Source: Candidatus Babeliales bacterium (GTDB taxonomy: Bacteria; Babelota; Babeliae; Babelales; JANWKD01). From it: 64,000 nucleotides of DNA. The stretch is from assembly GCA_963722255.1 (NCBI GenBank), contig CAVRJO010000002.1, positions 96,001 to 160,000 of the forward strand, read 5' to 3'. A program made the position numbers and the translations under genes. Shown piece after piece: positions 11,190-20,373 of the stretch. Each line of letters begins with the position of its first letter. The first letter of the stretch is position 1. The notes beneath the pieces were generated by a model. That model was given only the letters and a program-made list of their open reading frames with translations, did no database searches and was not told where the DNA came from.

Positions 11190-12281
11190 TTATTCATACC
11201 CTTTATTTGTATACGCATTAACTAAACTCAAAAAATAGTTCCGCACTCGATTATAGATTCGGCCTAACGCTTTCGTTTCAGCTAAAATAAGCCTATAAAC
11301 AGGAGTTGCTTCTTCTAACTTTTTTGCAAAAGCTATAGGCGGTCGTTCATACAAATTAGTAATAAAGATCGCTTCAAGCATCTGATTTGCATAACTAATA
11401 AATCTGTTCAACTCATCTATTTTTGCTTGTATCTTTTTTTTATTAAATCTGAAAAATCTTTTAAAAGAAGTAGGTTCGGAAAGCCTTTTTTGTAAGGCTG
11501 CACGATACAAAGCTGCCTTCTCTTTAAATTCATAAAGATACATAAATGTATCAAGCGCCTGCTGAGAAATAGTTTGTGAACTTTGGGCAAACTCCTTTTC
11601 ACTCTGAAGTTTCTCAAACTGATTTCGAGCAAAAGTAGCTACTTTTTCATAACTTCTTGGATCCAATTTTGAGTCTTTATCAATTATTAGATCAGGAAAA
11701 ATTGACTGATATGTATCAAAAAATTCTTGATACTGCTTATCTTTGTAAAATCTTTCAAAATTAAAACTAAGAGCGCTGTTATCTGGTTTTTGCGTATAAA
11801 TAAGTATATCTATTAAAGCTTGTTTACGAAATTCTTTGAGTTTTTCACTATAATCGGAAAATATAATAAAATCATTTGAGATATGATCAAGGCCAAACTT
11901 TCTTCGTTTAGTATCATAAAGATCTTCGATGAACTTCTTTAAAAACTTAACTGCTTTTACACTTGTCTCGGTAAAATCATCACTCTTTATATGCACAAGA
12001 GCATTTTTGTTTTCTTCTATCAATGCATGACTGCAATCAAATAAGTTAATAAGTTTATAGTAATCACTATAATTAATCACATTATTCGTAATTGCTTTAT
12101 CCGTATACACTTTTTCTAGTTCATCTACAAAAAGTTGTGCAACTGAATTATGTGCAAAAGATTCTTCAAGCCTTTTTTGCATATCCGGTGTACAAACAGC
12201 ATACATAGAATTATCACCAAATGCGTACAAGAGCATAACGATGAATAATATAATGCTTTTAATAGAATAACTCTTCATCAA
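11190..12281 (-). CDS. Exported alpha-helical hypothetical protein (cassette member, paralog of 7879..8898)
   Basis: Signal peptide ..MYA-VC; colinear similarity to 7879..8898. Confidence 0.8.
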   Translation of the reverse strand: MMKSYSIKSIILFIVMLLYAFGDNSMYAVCTPDMQKRLEESFAHNSVAQLFVDELEKVYTDKAITNNVINYSDYYKLINLFDCSHALIEENKNALVHIKSDDFTETSVKAVKFLKKFIEDLYDTKRRKFGLDHISNDFIIFSDYSEKLKEFRKQALIDILIYTQKPDNSALSFNFERFYKDKQYQEFFDTYQSIFPDLIIDKDSKLDPRSYEKVATFARNQFEKLQSEKEFAQSSQTISQQALDTFMYLYEFKEKAALYRAALQKRLSEPTSFKRFFRFNKKKIQAKIDELNRFISYANQMLEAIFITNLYERPPIAFAKKLEEATPVYRLILAETKALGRIYNRVRNYFLSLVNAYTNKGYE

Positions 12282-12510
12282 TCTACCTTTTATCTTAAAT
12301 TATATTGGTTGTACCTATTTTTTAGTCACATCCCTGCATGCATTATTACTGATTATAGCAAAAAGATATGTATAATCTCAATAATAACTCAGATTGACAA
12401 TATTTTTAATACAACTCTACACCATTCTCCCATTGCATCAGATAAAAAAAAATATAGACTAAGCTCTAAACAAAAGGGCGTATCTATAATCTTTTAAAAA
12501 AGGGTATTCA

Positions 12511-14028
12511 ATGAAGCACAGAGTTCCAAAACTGTATTATTTAGTCTTTCTTACAACACTATTTTCATCATCGCTAATTGCTGATAATGAAGGCGATGAC
12601 CACCGAGATACCTTTGGCATCAGTTTTTTTCATGCTCGCTCGATTGGATCAAATAAAGCTCGCGAAAGCGCCGGTTTGGCAAATCTTATTACTTGGGGTT
12701 ATGATGAATGTTCTCATGGACTATTCTGGGCAACAGGAGAATATTCGAGCTCATTCAATCAACATGGACTAGGCCAGTATCTCTTTTTTAATGGTAGCAA
12801 TACCATGCTAACAGGAACAGCAGCGGGACCAGGTGTCGATATATTTAGTGAAAACTTCTTATTAAATGATAATTTTTCAAGTGCAATAACCGCACGTCCC
12901 AATGTTACCTATGGACTTATTGATCTCAATCTATTCTATTCATTGGACTTTTTATGCAACGGTCTCTATTTTCTTGCTCATGTTCCCTATGTACAAACAT
13001 CATGGTCGGTTGACTTTAAAGAAACAATCAGCTTTACAGGAACTATAATTTCAGCAAATGATCTTGGGAACCCAACAGATACTCCGGCACCTTTTACTTC
13101 ATTGATTGCTGCTTGGAATGGTCAGGCAACCTTTTTTGATGTTAAAGAACCATTACGTTTTGGGCGTGTTTGTGGCAAACGCAAAAAAGCTCGTCTTGCT
13201 GATGTTGAACTTGCCTTAGGCTACATCATTCTTAACGATGAATGTAACTATTTTAGTATTAATGTACGCGGTATCATACCCACCGGTAATACACCAAAAG
13301 GTAAATTTCTGTTTGAACCTATTGTAGGTAATGGTCACTACGGAGAAGTGGGTGCAGGAATTTTAGGAAACTTCTTTATCTGGGAAGGTTGTTCTGATGA
13401 TTATTTAACCATTTTTGTTAATGCAAACATTTATACTATGCTCAGTTCACGCCAACAACGTACCTTTGACCTCACCGCCAATGGACCCGGCAGCCGTTAT
13501 CTTCTTTTCAAAAGATTTGTTAATAATCTGTATGCGGGTGAAATTGTACGTGGGCCAAATATATTAACCCTTCCTATTCATACCAAAAATGCTGTTCACG
13601 GTGATTGCGTTCTTATGGTTGAATACACTCGGTGCGGTTTTATTGCTGATGGTGGCTATAATCTTTGGGGAAGAACTCGTGATCATATCGAACTTGCCGG
13701 TAAAATTCCTGCTAATACCTATGGTGTCGCCGGTTTGAGTGGAACAGGAGTAAATGCTAATTTAACGGCAAGCCAAACCTTACTTAATGGAACAAATGCA
13801 AACCTAATCGATGCAACTCCAATATTTATATCAAATGCTAACATTAATATAAAATCTGCTGCACACCCCGGAAGCTTTTCCCATGGTTTCTTTGTTCATC
13901 TTCAATATATATGGGATAAAAGATATGCTAAACCCTTTGTAGGATTTGGTTCAGAGGTAGAGTTTTCAGGGACCAATAAATCTCTCTTATTATGGCATAT
14001 TTGGGCTAAAACAGGTATCTCTTTTTAG
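12511..14028 (+). CDS. Exported, Cys-containing putative outer-membrane beta-barrel protein (paralog of 4244..5836)
   Basis: Signal peptide, terminal Phe (WAKTGISF); shared motifs GVDxFxxNFxLNDxF, RLADVExALGY, FLFEPxxGNG, RCGFxxDxGYNLW, SAAHP, EFSG. Confidence 0.65.
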   Translation: MKHRVPKLYYLVFLTTLFSSSLIADNEGDDHRDTFGISFFHARSIGSNKARESAGLANLITWGYDECSHGLFWATGEYSSSFNQHGLGQYLFFNGSNTMLTGTAAGPGVDIFSENFLLNDNFSSAITARPNVTYGLIDLNLFYSLDFLCNGLYFLAHVPYVQTSWSVDFKETISFTGTIISANDLGNPTDTPAPFTSLIAAWNGQATFFDVKEPLRFGRVCGKRKKARLADVELALGYIILNDECNYFSINVRGIIPTGNTPKGKFLFEPIVGNGHYGEVGAGILGNFFIWEGCSDDYLTIFVNANIYTMLSSRQQRTFDLTANGPGSRYLLFKRFVNNLYAGEIVRGPNILTLPIHTKNAVHGDCVLMVEYTRCGFIADGGYNLWGRTRDHIELAGKIPANTYGVAGLSGTGVNANLTASQTLLNGTNANLIDATPIFISNANINIKSAAHPGSFSHGFFVHLQYIWDKRYAKPFVGFGSEVEFSGTNKSLLLWHIWAKTGISF

Positions 14029-14049
14029 TATTTTAAGGTATTTTCACGT

Positions 14050-14081
14050 AAAAAAGGCTTTTTTTTAAAGCCTTTTTTTTT
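14050..14081 (+). terminator. Intrinsic terminator
   Basis: AAAAAAGGCTTT...AAAGCCTTTTTTTTT hairpin after 14028. Confidence 0.7.
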
Positions 14082-14121
14082 GCTCATTTTATTTTCTATT
14101 TACAATTATTTTTAAAAAATA

Positions 14122-14151
14122 TTGCATTTTATTTTCAGTTTGTGAGATACT
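14122..14151 (+). promoter_or_regulatory. Putative sigma70 promoter for the Cys-rich protein gene
   Basis: TTGCAT-N18-GATACT with a TGn extension, just after a terminator. Confidence 0.4.
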
Positions 14152-14222
14152 GGTAATAACTATAAAGGCCTTTATAAGAGAATGAATATTTTAATAACAA
14201 CCTTACTACTTAAGGAGACCTT

Positions 14223-14519
14223 ATGAAAAAGGTATTATTAGCTACACTTTTAACTATCGTTGGTTTAGCAGTTGTTTCTGATGCATTTGCATGGAGAAAC
14301 GGACGCTGTGGTCAAAGAAGCTGCGCACCTCGTTGCGAAACTTCTTGCAGAAAAGAATGCAACCCTGTTGTTAACATTACTCGTACAGAAGAAAAACCAT
14401 GTGGTCAAGCACCTTGCTGCTTAACAGCTGTTCAAGTTCCTGCGAACTTGGTTAAACACGTTGAGTACACCTGGGAATGTCCAACTGGTTGTACGGTTCA
14501 AACCGGCGACCAATACTAA
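14223..14519 (+). CDS. Small exported cysteine-rich protein
   Basis: TAAGGAG RBS, signal peptide ending AFA, 10 Cys in about 75 mature residues, own terminator. Confidence 0.85.
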   Translation: MKKVLLATLLTIVGLAVVSDAFAWRNGRCGQRSCAPRCETSCRKECNPVVNITRTEEKPCGQAPCCLTAVQVPANLVKHVEYTWECPTGCTVQTGDQY

Positions 14520-14545
14520 GTTTTAAGTTAGACTTAGAATCAATT

Positions 14546-14589
14546 AAAAAAAGGGAGATAGCTCTTTAGAGGATTATCTCCCTTTTTTT
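14546..14589 (+). terminator. Intrinsic terminator
   Basis: AAAAAAAGGGAGATA...TATCTCCCTTTTTTT. Confidence 0.8.
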
Positions 14590-14704
14590 GTATGCGTGTA
14601 TTTGTATGCGCCTTGGCGCATTAGCCTAGCCTATCTTTGATTATAAAAAGCTTTTTTAAATTATTGCAGTATTAAAAAGTTTTTAATTACAAATATGCTA
14701 AAAC

Positions 14705-14845
14705 ATGTCATTGCGAGGAGCTTTGCGACGCGGCAATAACATTCGTTGGTATATTGCACTTTTCTAGATTAATTTTTGCCATCAAATCCGTTTTATAGAG
14801 GTATATTTTATTCACCGAAATTGTGAGCTTCTACAGCAATGACAT
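14705..14845. repeat. Degenerate GTCATTGCGAG-type palindromic (REP/RPE-like) element
   Basis: ATGTCATTGCGAGGAGCTTTGCGACGCGGCAAT at the left end and its 10-bp inverted terminus GCAATGACAT at 14836-14845. Confidence 0.55.
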
Positions 14846-15095
14846 CCCCAAATTTATCATTCTTTCAAAAACATGATTTGTACTTAATTTTAACGTAACT
14901 ATGTAATAAGTTCTATCTGTTCTCCTATATCCTTACCCTACCGGTAATTTTAATTCAATTTGAAACTTTATTCCTACTATAGAAATCAAGAATACCCAGC
15001 CACCACACCCCTTTTGCACTATATTTTCAAACTGATATAATTAGTCATATATAAATTTGTAACTAATTTTATTTGTTTTTAAAAGAAATGCATAT

Positions 15096-15884
15096 ATGGT
15101 AACTCTCAAGAAATTCTATTTTATTTTTTTTATGGGGATATTCCTTCCTACTCTTATCATAACTGCCTTTAAAGGCTTACACATAACCACGACAGCATCA
15201 AACAGTACCATTCAACCCAGTCAATCTAGCTCACAAAAAAATCAATGGACTCTATGGCTACAAGATCAAGAAAAACAGATTTGGGATGAAATGACAACAA
15301 CGACAAAACTGACACAAGAGCGCTGCAGTTCATTAAAAAATGAATGGTATCAAGAATATTTACAAGGCGAAAATGAGTTGCTTACTACTGAAAGCAAACC
15401 CTCTGCTATTTCTAAAAAAACTCATGATACTATTAATGCAATAATGGCCGATTTTGGTATTTCAACAAAAGACCTCCCCTTACTTGCGTGGAAAGATAAT
15501 TCAGCAGCAGGAACAACTGATAGCAAACTCTTGGTTAATGAAAGAACCTTTAATAAATTATCTCATCAGGCACAAAAATTTGTTATTGCACATGAAATAC
15601 AGCATTATTTGCATAAAGATACTTCAACACGTTATGTTATTGAACGTTTTTACAAACCGGCAAAAGAGTTACCACAAGATCATCCAATTAATAAATTATA
15701 TAGATTTCAAGAAATTCGCGCCGATGTTCAGGCAGCACTCAAAGGACAAGAATATCAACAAGGCTATATCTCTTTTATTGAAACTATAACAAAAAAAGGT
15801 GAAAACAAAGGCATTACCCATCCTAAAAATTCAGTTCGCCTTTCAATGGGTAAAAAACTTATTAACAATCTTCCCATAGCATAA
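15096..15884 (+). CDS. Membrane-anchored zinc metallopeptidase, M48/M56-like
   Basis: N-terminal TM; IAHEIQH (HExxH), QEIRAD, THP motifs. Confidence 0.75.
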   Translation: MVTLKKFYFIFFMGIFLPTLIITAFKGLHITTTASNSTIQPSQSSSQKNQWTLWLQDQEKQIWDEMTTTTKLTQERCSSLKNEWYQEYLQGENELLTTESKPSAISKKTHDTINAIMADFGISTKDLPLLAWKDNSAAGTTDSKLLVNERTFNKLSHQAQKFVIAHEIQHYLHKDTSTRYVIERFYKPAKELPQDHPINKLYRFQEIRADVQAALKGQEYQQGYISFIETITKKGENKGITHPKNSVRLSMGKKLINNLPIA

Positions 15885-15889
15885 GAAGA

Positions 15890-16141
15890 TTATCGAGTGC
15901 GATTTTTTTGAATCGCCTCAACAGCTTCTGCTACCGTTTTGATATGACTTGCTACATCATCGCTAATTTCAACACCAAAAACATCTTCAATTTTCATAAT
16001 AATTTGCATCATATCTAATGAATCAGCTCCAAGCGTATCAAAGCTGCTATTTGGAGCAATCGTTGAAGGTTCAATCTTCAAAATTTCAGCAATTATTCCT
16101 TTAACCATTGAAGTCGTTTCTTGTAGATCATACTGTGTCAT
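15890..16141 (-). CDS. acpP: Acyl carrier protein
   Basis: LGADSLD phosphopantetheine site; start 16141 follows an AAGGAG RBS (track start 16162). Confidence 0.95.
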   Translation of the reverse strand: MTQYDLQETTSMVKGIIAEILKIEPSTIAPNSSFDTLGADSLDMMQIIMKIEDVFGVEISDDVASHIKTVAEAVEAIQKNRTR

Positions 16142-16173
16142 ATGTGTAAATGCTCCTTGCAATAAACCTAATA

Positions 16174-17112
16174 TTAGTTTGTTTTAAAATGTGTAATTGC
16201 GGCTTTTATCTCTTCAATATCAGAAAGTTTATTGACAGAATACAGTAACTTTTCAGGATATTTCTGCGCAATAATCTTTGATAAAGTGGTACCCGGACCA
16301 ATTTCAATAACTAAATCCCATTCAGAACATCGCTCTAAAATCTTATCCCAAAGTATAGGAGATTTTAATTGCCCTACTATGCTATTTTTAATCTGATCAT
16401 GAGCAGTAATCGGCTCTGCTTGTGCAGTTGCAATTAAGGGAATAGCTGTCGAGGTAAAATCGATTTTTTCTAAATATTTTACCAACTGATCAACAACAGA
16501 ATCCATTAAGGTACTATGCAAACCTTTTTCTGCAGGAAGATCATGAACAGTCCCACCACAACTTAAAATAAGTTCTTTACAGTGACGTATAGATTCGGGA
16601 AATCCGCTAATAACCATATGCGTAGCAGTATCATAAGCAGCAATAGATATTTCGGCATGATTAATGCGCAAGGTAGTCCACAGTGACTCAACAGTTTCAC
16701 GGGAAAGACCTTCAACTGCTATAAGCGAAACATTAAGATTTGCTAAAAGTTCTTGATAAAATTGCGCATATTTATGCAAAAAATAAAGGCCATCAGGTAA
16801 ACTTAGGCCACCGGCAACACTTACCGCACTTAACTCGCCAATGCCATATCCAGCAACTTCTGTAGGTTGAATACCTTCCTGCTTTAGCAACGCAGCCGTT
16901 GAAACACTAATTAAGAAAATTGCTACGTATGCATTTTCAATTTTAGCTAATTCTATATCTGACGAAGCAAAACAAAGTTTTACAAAATTTATATTTAAAC
17001 AGTTGAATGCTTCCTCGAAATATTCCTGAACTAACCTTGAATGATCATATAACTCTTTACCCATACCAACGAACTGGCTCCCATAATCGGGGAAAAGCAT
17101 ACCTATCTTCAT
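16174..17112 (-). CDS. fabD: Malonyl-CoA:ACP transacylase homolog with degenerate active site
   Basis: FPDYGSQFVGMG, HS, IEIGPG motifs and position next to acpP; GHSxG reads GYGIG. Confidence 0.8.
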   Translation of the reverse strand: MKIGMLFPDYGSQFVGMGKELYDHSRLVQEYFEEAFNCLNINFVKLCFASSDIELAKIENAYVAIFLISVSTAALLKQEGIQPTEVAGYGIGELSAVSVAGGLSLPDGLYFLHKYAQFYQELLANLNVSLIAVEGLSRETVESLWTTLRINHAEISIAAYDTATHMVISGFPESIRHCKELILSCGGTVHDLPAEKGLHSTLMDSVVDQLVKYLEKIDFTSTAIPLIATAQAEPITAHDQIKNSIVGQLKSPILWDKILERCSEWDLVIEIGPGTTLSKIIAQKYPEKLLYSVNKLSDIEEIKAAITHFKTN

Positions 17113-17119
17113 TCTATCC

Positions 17120-18547
17120 TTACCTTTTTTTTGAAATAAATCGAGCCATTTCGTTTAAAAACCGCTCAATTCGGAACAGTGTTTCCTTTTTGCCCAAAAG
17201 TTCCATCAATTCAAAGATGCCCGGACTTGCCGTTGTTGCTGTTAATGCTAATCGAAGCGGCTGAGCAAGAGCAACAAGTTGAATTCCATATTCCTTACAA
17301 ACTGTTTTGGTACAGTTTTTTATAAATTCAAGGGAATAGTCTTCACTATTTTTTATACGATCAGCTAACTCTTGTAGATGCGTAAGAATATGTTCATGAA
17401 TCCATTGTTCTTTATCAGATTCTGCTATCTCATTCTTTGCATCATGTAATGCATACAATTTTTCACGTAGATCGATGAGCGTTAATGAACGCTCTTTATA
17501 CAAAGCAACAAACCCTAATAATTGTTCATGACTCCATTGAGAAAAATGAGCACAAAAGTTGTGGTCAATATCTTTCTGCATATGATCAATAAGCTCTTGA
17601 TTTGGCATTTGTCGAATATAAAGACCATTTAACCAATCTAATTTTTTGTGATCAAATATAGATCCTTTTTTATTAACCGCTTCTAACGTAAAATGCGTAA
17701 TTAACTCATCAATGCTAAAAACTTCCTGATCACCATGTGACCATCCAAGTCGAACTAAATAATTACACAAAGCATGTGCTAAATACCCATTTTTTTTATA
17801 ATCAAGGACTGAAGTAGCACCATCACGTTTACTGAGCTTTGATCCCGAAGGACCCAGGATTAAAGGAAGATGTGCAAAAAAAGGAGTTGGAAATCCCAAT
17901 GCTTGATATAAGATAATTTGCTTTGGTGTATTTTGTAGATGCTCTTCACCACGAATTACGTGGGTAATCTTCATAGCAGTATCATCAGCAACAACGACGA
18001 AATTATAAACTGGCGTTCCATCCGAACGCGCAATAATAAAATCATCAAACTGATCCAAGGGAAAAGAAATAGACCCATAAATTAAATCAGTAAACTCTAT
18101 TCTTTGTTGATCTTCCGGAAGCTTTATACGAACCACAAAAGGCTGATCAGTTTCTACGGGTTCTTTCATTCTACACAACGAAGCATATCTAAAATAATCC
18201 ATAGATTCAACATCGGTCGATATGGGGCAATAACAGCGATATGCTTTGCCTTGATCCAAGAGTTGTTTAATTAATTTTTTATGAAGTTCAATTGCATGAC
18301 TTTGAATGACTAAAGGTTCATCACTGGTTATTGAAACCCATTCAAGAGCTCCCAAAATTGAATCGAAAAATTCCGGCGTTGAACGTTCAAGATCAGTATC
18401 TTCAATTCGAACAAGAAATGTCCCTTGAAAATGTCGTGCAAAAAGCCAATTGAATAAGGCAGTTCTTAATCCACCAATATGAAGGTTACCCGTCGGTGAT
18501 GGTGCAAAACGAACTCGAACGGTTTGCTCAGATAAAGATGTACCCAT
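17120..18547 (-). CDS. gltX: Glutamate--tRNA ligase
   Basis: RFAPSPTGNLHIGG, RIEDTD, HVIRGEEH, KLSKR. Confidence 0.95.
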   Translation of the reverse strand: MGTSLSEQTVRVRFAPSPTGNLHIGGLRTALFNWLFARHFQGTFLVRIEDTDLERSTPEFFDSILGALEWVSITSDEPLVIQSHAIELHKKLIKQLLDQGKAYRCYCPISTDVESMDYFRYASLCRMKEPVETDQPFVVRIKLPEDQQRIEFTDLIYGSISFPLDQFDDFIIARSDGTPVYNFVVVADDTAMKITHVIRGEEHLQNTPKQIILYQALGFPTPFFAHLPLILGPSGSKLSKRDGATSVLDYKKNGYLAHALCNYLVRLGWSHGDQEVFSIDELITHFTLEAVNKKGSIFDHKKLDWLNGLYIRQMPNQELIDHMQKDIDHNFCAHFSQWSHEQLLGFVALYKERSLTLIDLREKLYALHDAKNEIAESDKEQWIHEHILTHLQELADRIKNSEDYSLEFIKNCTKTVCKEYGIQLVALAQPLRLALTATTASPGIFELMELLGKKETLFRIERFLNEMARFISKKR

Positions 18548-18576
18548 AGCGTATAAATTTCCTTAGATTAGAAATG

Positions 18577-19278
18577 TTATTGGATTTTTTCATCCGCCAA
18601 GAGAGCCCACGGTGATGCAGAAGTCGCTTGTGCTGTTGAAAACTCTTTTTTAAGCTCTTGCCAACTGTGTATCGCTTTAACAGTATCACCTTGACTCATA
18701 AAATAATCACCCAAATAATAGAGCGCTTCATCGCGTTGTACATTATTTTTATCATGCGCTAGCTTTTCTAGTTCTTTCAACCCTTCTGATTGAATTGCTG
18801 CATCGTCAAAATCCAATTTAATAAGAGCTAACTTTACTGCATAAAGATAATAAAGAGGCGAACTAGTGCCCATCTGCTTTAAAGCATCTGCTAAAAGCTT
18901 ACAACCTTCTTGCATATTTCCTTGAGCAAGAGCAGCTTGGGACTCAAGCACTAAAAAGTAAGGACCAAAGGAACTTGATTTAGATGAACGATAGCCGGTT
19001 TTTGCAGCTAACTCAGCATTGGGCCACAATTCAGCATTTTTTTGACCATGATGGAATTCTTCCAGGGTTTGTGAAAATGCAAATTGCGCACGTTCTTGTT
19101 GTTCATGTGCATATACAGAATAAAAATAGTAAGCTCCACCACCAAAAATACAAAAGAGTGGAATTCCCATGAGGAGCAACCCATTCTTTTTCATAAAATT
19201 TTTTACGCGATCGCTCAATATATAACTTTGATTAATCATACTAACAACTCCGAAGATAACTGAATAATTAATAAACAA
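18577..19278 (-). CDS. Single-TM TPR protein, YfgM-like
   Basis: N-terminal TM after a basic patch; helical TPR-like repeats (ALYYLGD...G..KA). Start may be 19239. Confidence 0.6.
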   Translation of the reverse strand: MFINYSVIFGVVSMINQSYILSDRVKNFMKKNGLLLMGIPLFCIFGGGAYYFYSVYAHEQQERAQFAFSQTLEEFHHGQKNAELWPNAELAAKTGYRSSKSSSFGPYFLVLESQAALAQGNMQEGCKLLADALKQMGTSSPLYYLYAVKLALIKLDFDDAAIQSEGLKELEKLAHDKNNVQRDEALYYLGDYFMSQGDTVKAIHSWQELKKEFSTAQATSASPWALLADEKIQ

Positions 19279-19323
19279 ACAAACAGTACCATAGCTCTAT
19301 AAAACACACAAGTAGGGATACTG

Positions 19324-20373
19324 TTAGGATACAACCATTTCATGCGATGATAGCGTTAATGTTTGCTTTATGACTTGTTCACGATCTAACAACTTAATTA
19401 AATTATCATTAAATTTTTCTACAACGCCGTGTGTTACAACACGATGCGCAAATGTTATAGCGTTTTCAAAAGCGTCACTATTTGAACAACCATGAGCAAC
19501 AACAAGAGGATGATGCACCCCAAGGAGCAATGCTCCTCCTACATTTTTATAGTCAATAGCATTGTATACTTTTTTAAAAAACGGTTTTGCCAAAAGACCA
19601 ACACAGCGACCCCATACTGAACTAGAAAAAGATGTTTTCATAAATCCAGTTAATGCATGCGTTGCTCCTTGAACCGATTTCAAGACAACATTGCCAACAA
19701 ATCCATCACAAACAATGACATCTGCATAATCATTAAAGATTTCACGAGCTTCAACATTACCAATAAAATTAATCGATGAATGCTCTAAAAGCGTATAGGC
19801 TACTTTTGTAGCATAAGATCCTTTGCCTCGTTCATGTCCATTTGAAAGCAATCCAACACGCGGCTGGGCAATTCCGCTCATAAAGCTAACAAATGCATGA
19901 CCCATACAAGCAAACTGCTGTAAAAAGTCAGGCTTACAATCAACATTTGCACCAATATCAAGCAAAAAGACTGATCCCTTTTGTGTTGGCAAAAAAGTCC
20001 CCAATGCTGGTCTTGCAACACCTTTAAGCCGCTCGAAAACTAAAATACTTCCAACAACTGCAGACCCAGAATTGCCTGCGGTAACAACGGCTTGAGCTTG
20101 TTGATTTTTAACAGCATGCAAAGCACGCATTAATGAAGAATTTTTTTTAAGAACACTACGCGTTGGCTCTTCAGCCATTCCTATTGATTCTGGACAATCA
20201 ACAATATCCAAGGGCAATGATCGCCAATTCTGATCGATTTTTTTTAATAAATCGACCAAAACAGCCTTTTGACCAAACAGGGTAATTTTAATACCTTTTT
20301 TGGCTGCATTATATGCTCCTTGGACTGTAATTGCTGGTGCAAAATCACCGCCCATAGCATCTACTGCTATCAT
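19324..20373 (-). CDS. plsX: Phosphate acyltransferase PlsX
   Basis: IAVDAMGGDFAP, LDIGAN, DGFVGNVVLK, HGCS; follows rpmF. Confidence 0.95.
   Translation of the reverse strand: MIAVDAMGGDFAPAITVQGAYNAAKKGIKITLFGQKAVLVDLLKKIDQNWRSLPLDIVDCPESIGMAEEPTRSVLKKNSSLMRALHAVKNQQAQAVVTAGNSGSAVVGSILVFERLKGVARPALGTFLPTQKGSVFLLDIGANVDCKPDFLQQFACMGHAFVSFMSGIAQPRVGLLSNGHERGKGSYATKVAYTLLEHSSINFIGNVEAREIFNDYADVIVCDGFVGNVVLKSVQGATHALTGFMKTSFSSSVWGRCVGLLAKPFFKKVYNAIDYKNVGGALLLGVHHPLVVAHGCSNSDAFENAITFAHRVVTHGVVEKFNDNLIKLLDREQVIKQTLTLSSHEMVVS

Noticed and set aside
14888..14915. dif-like sequence TTTTAACGTAA-N6
   Set aside because: Only the XerD-like arm resembles consensus (2 mismatches); the XerC arm does not match.
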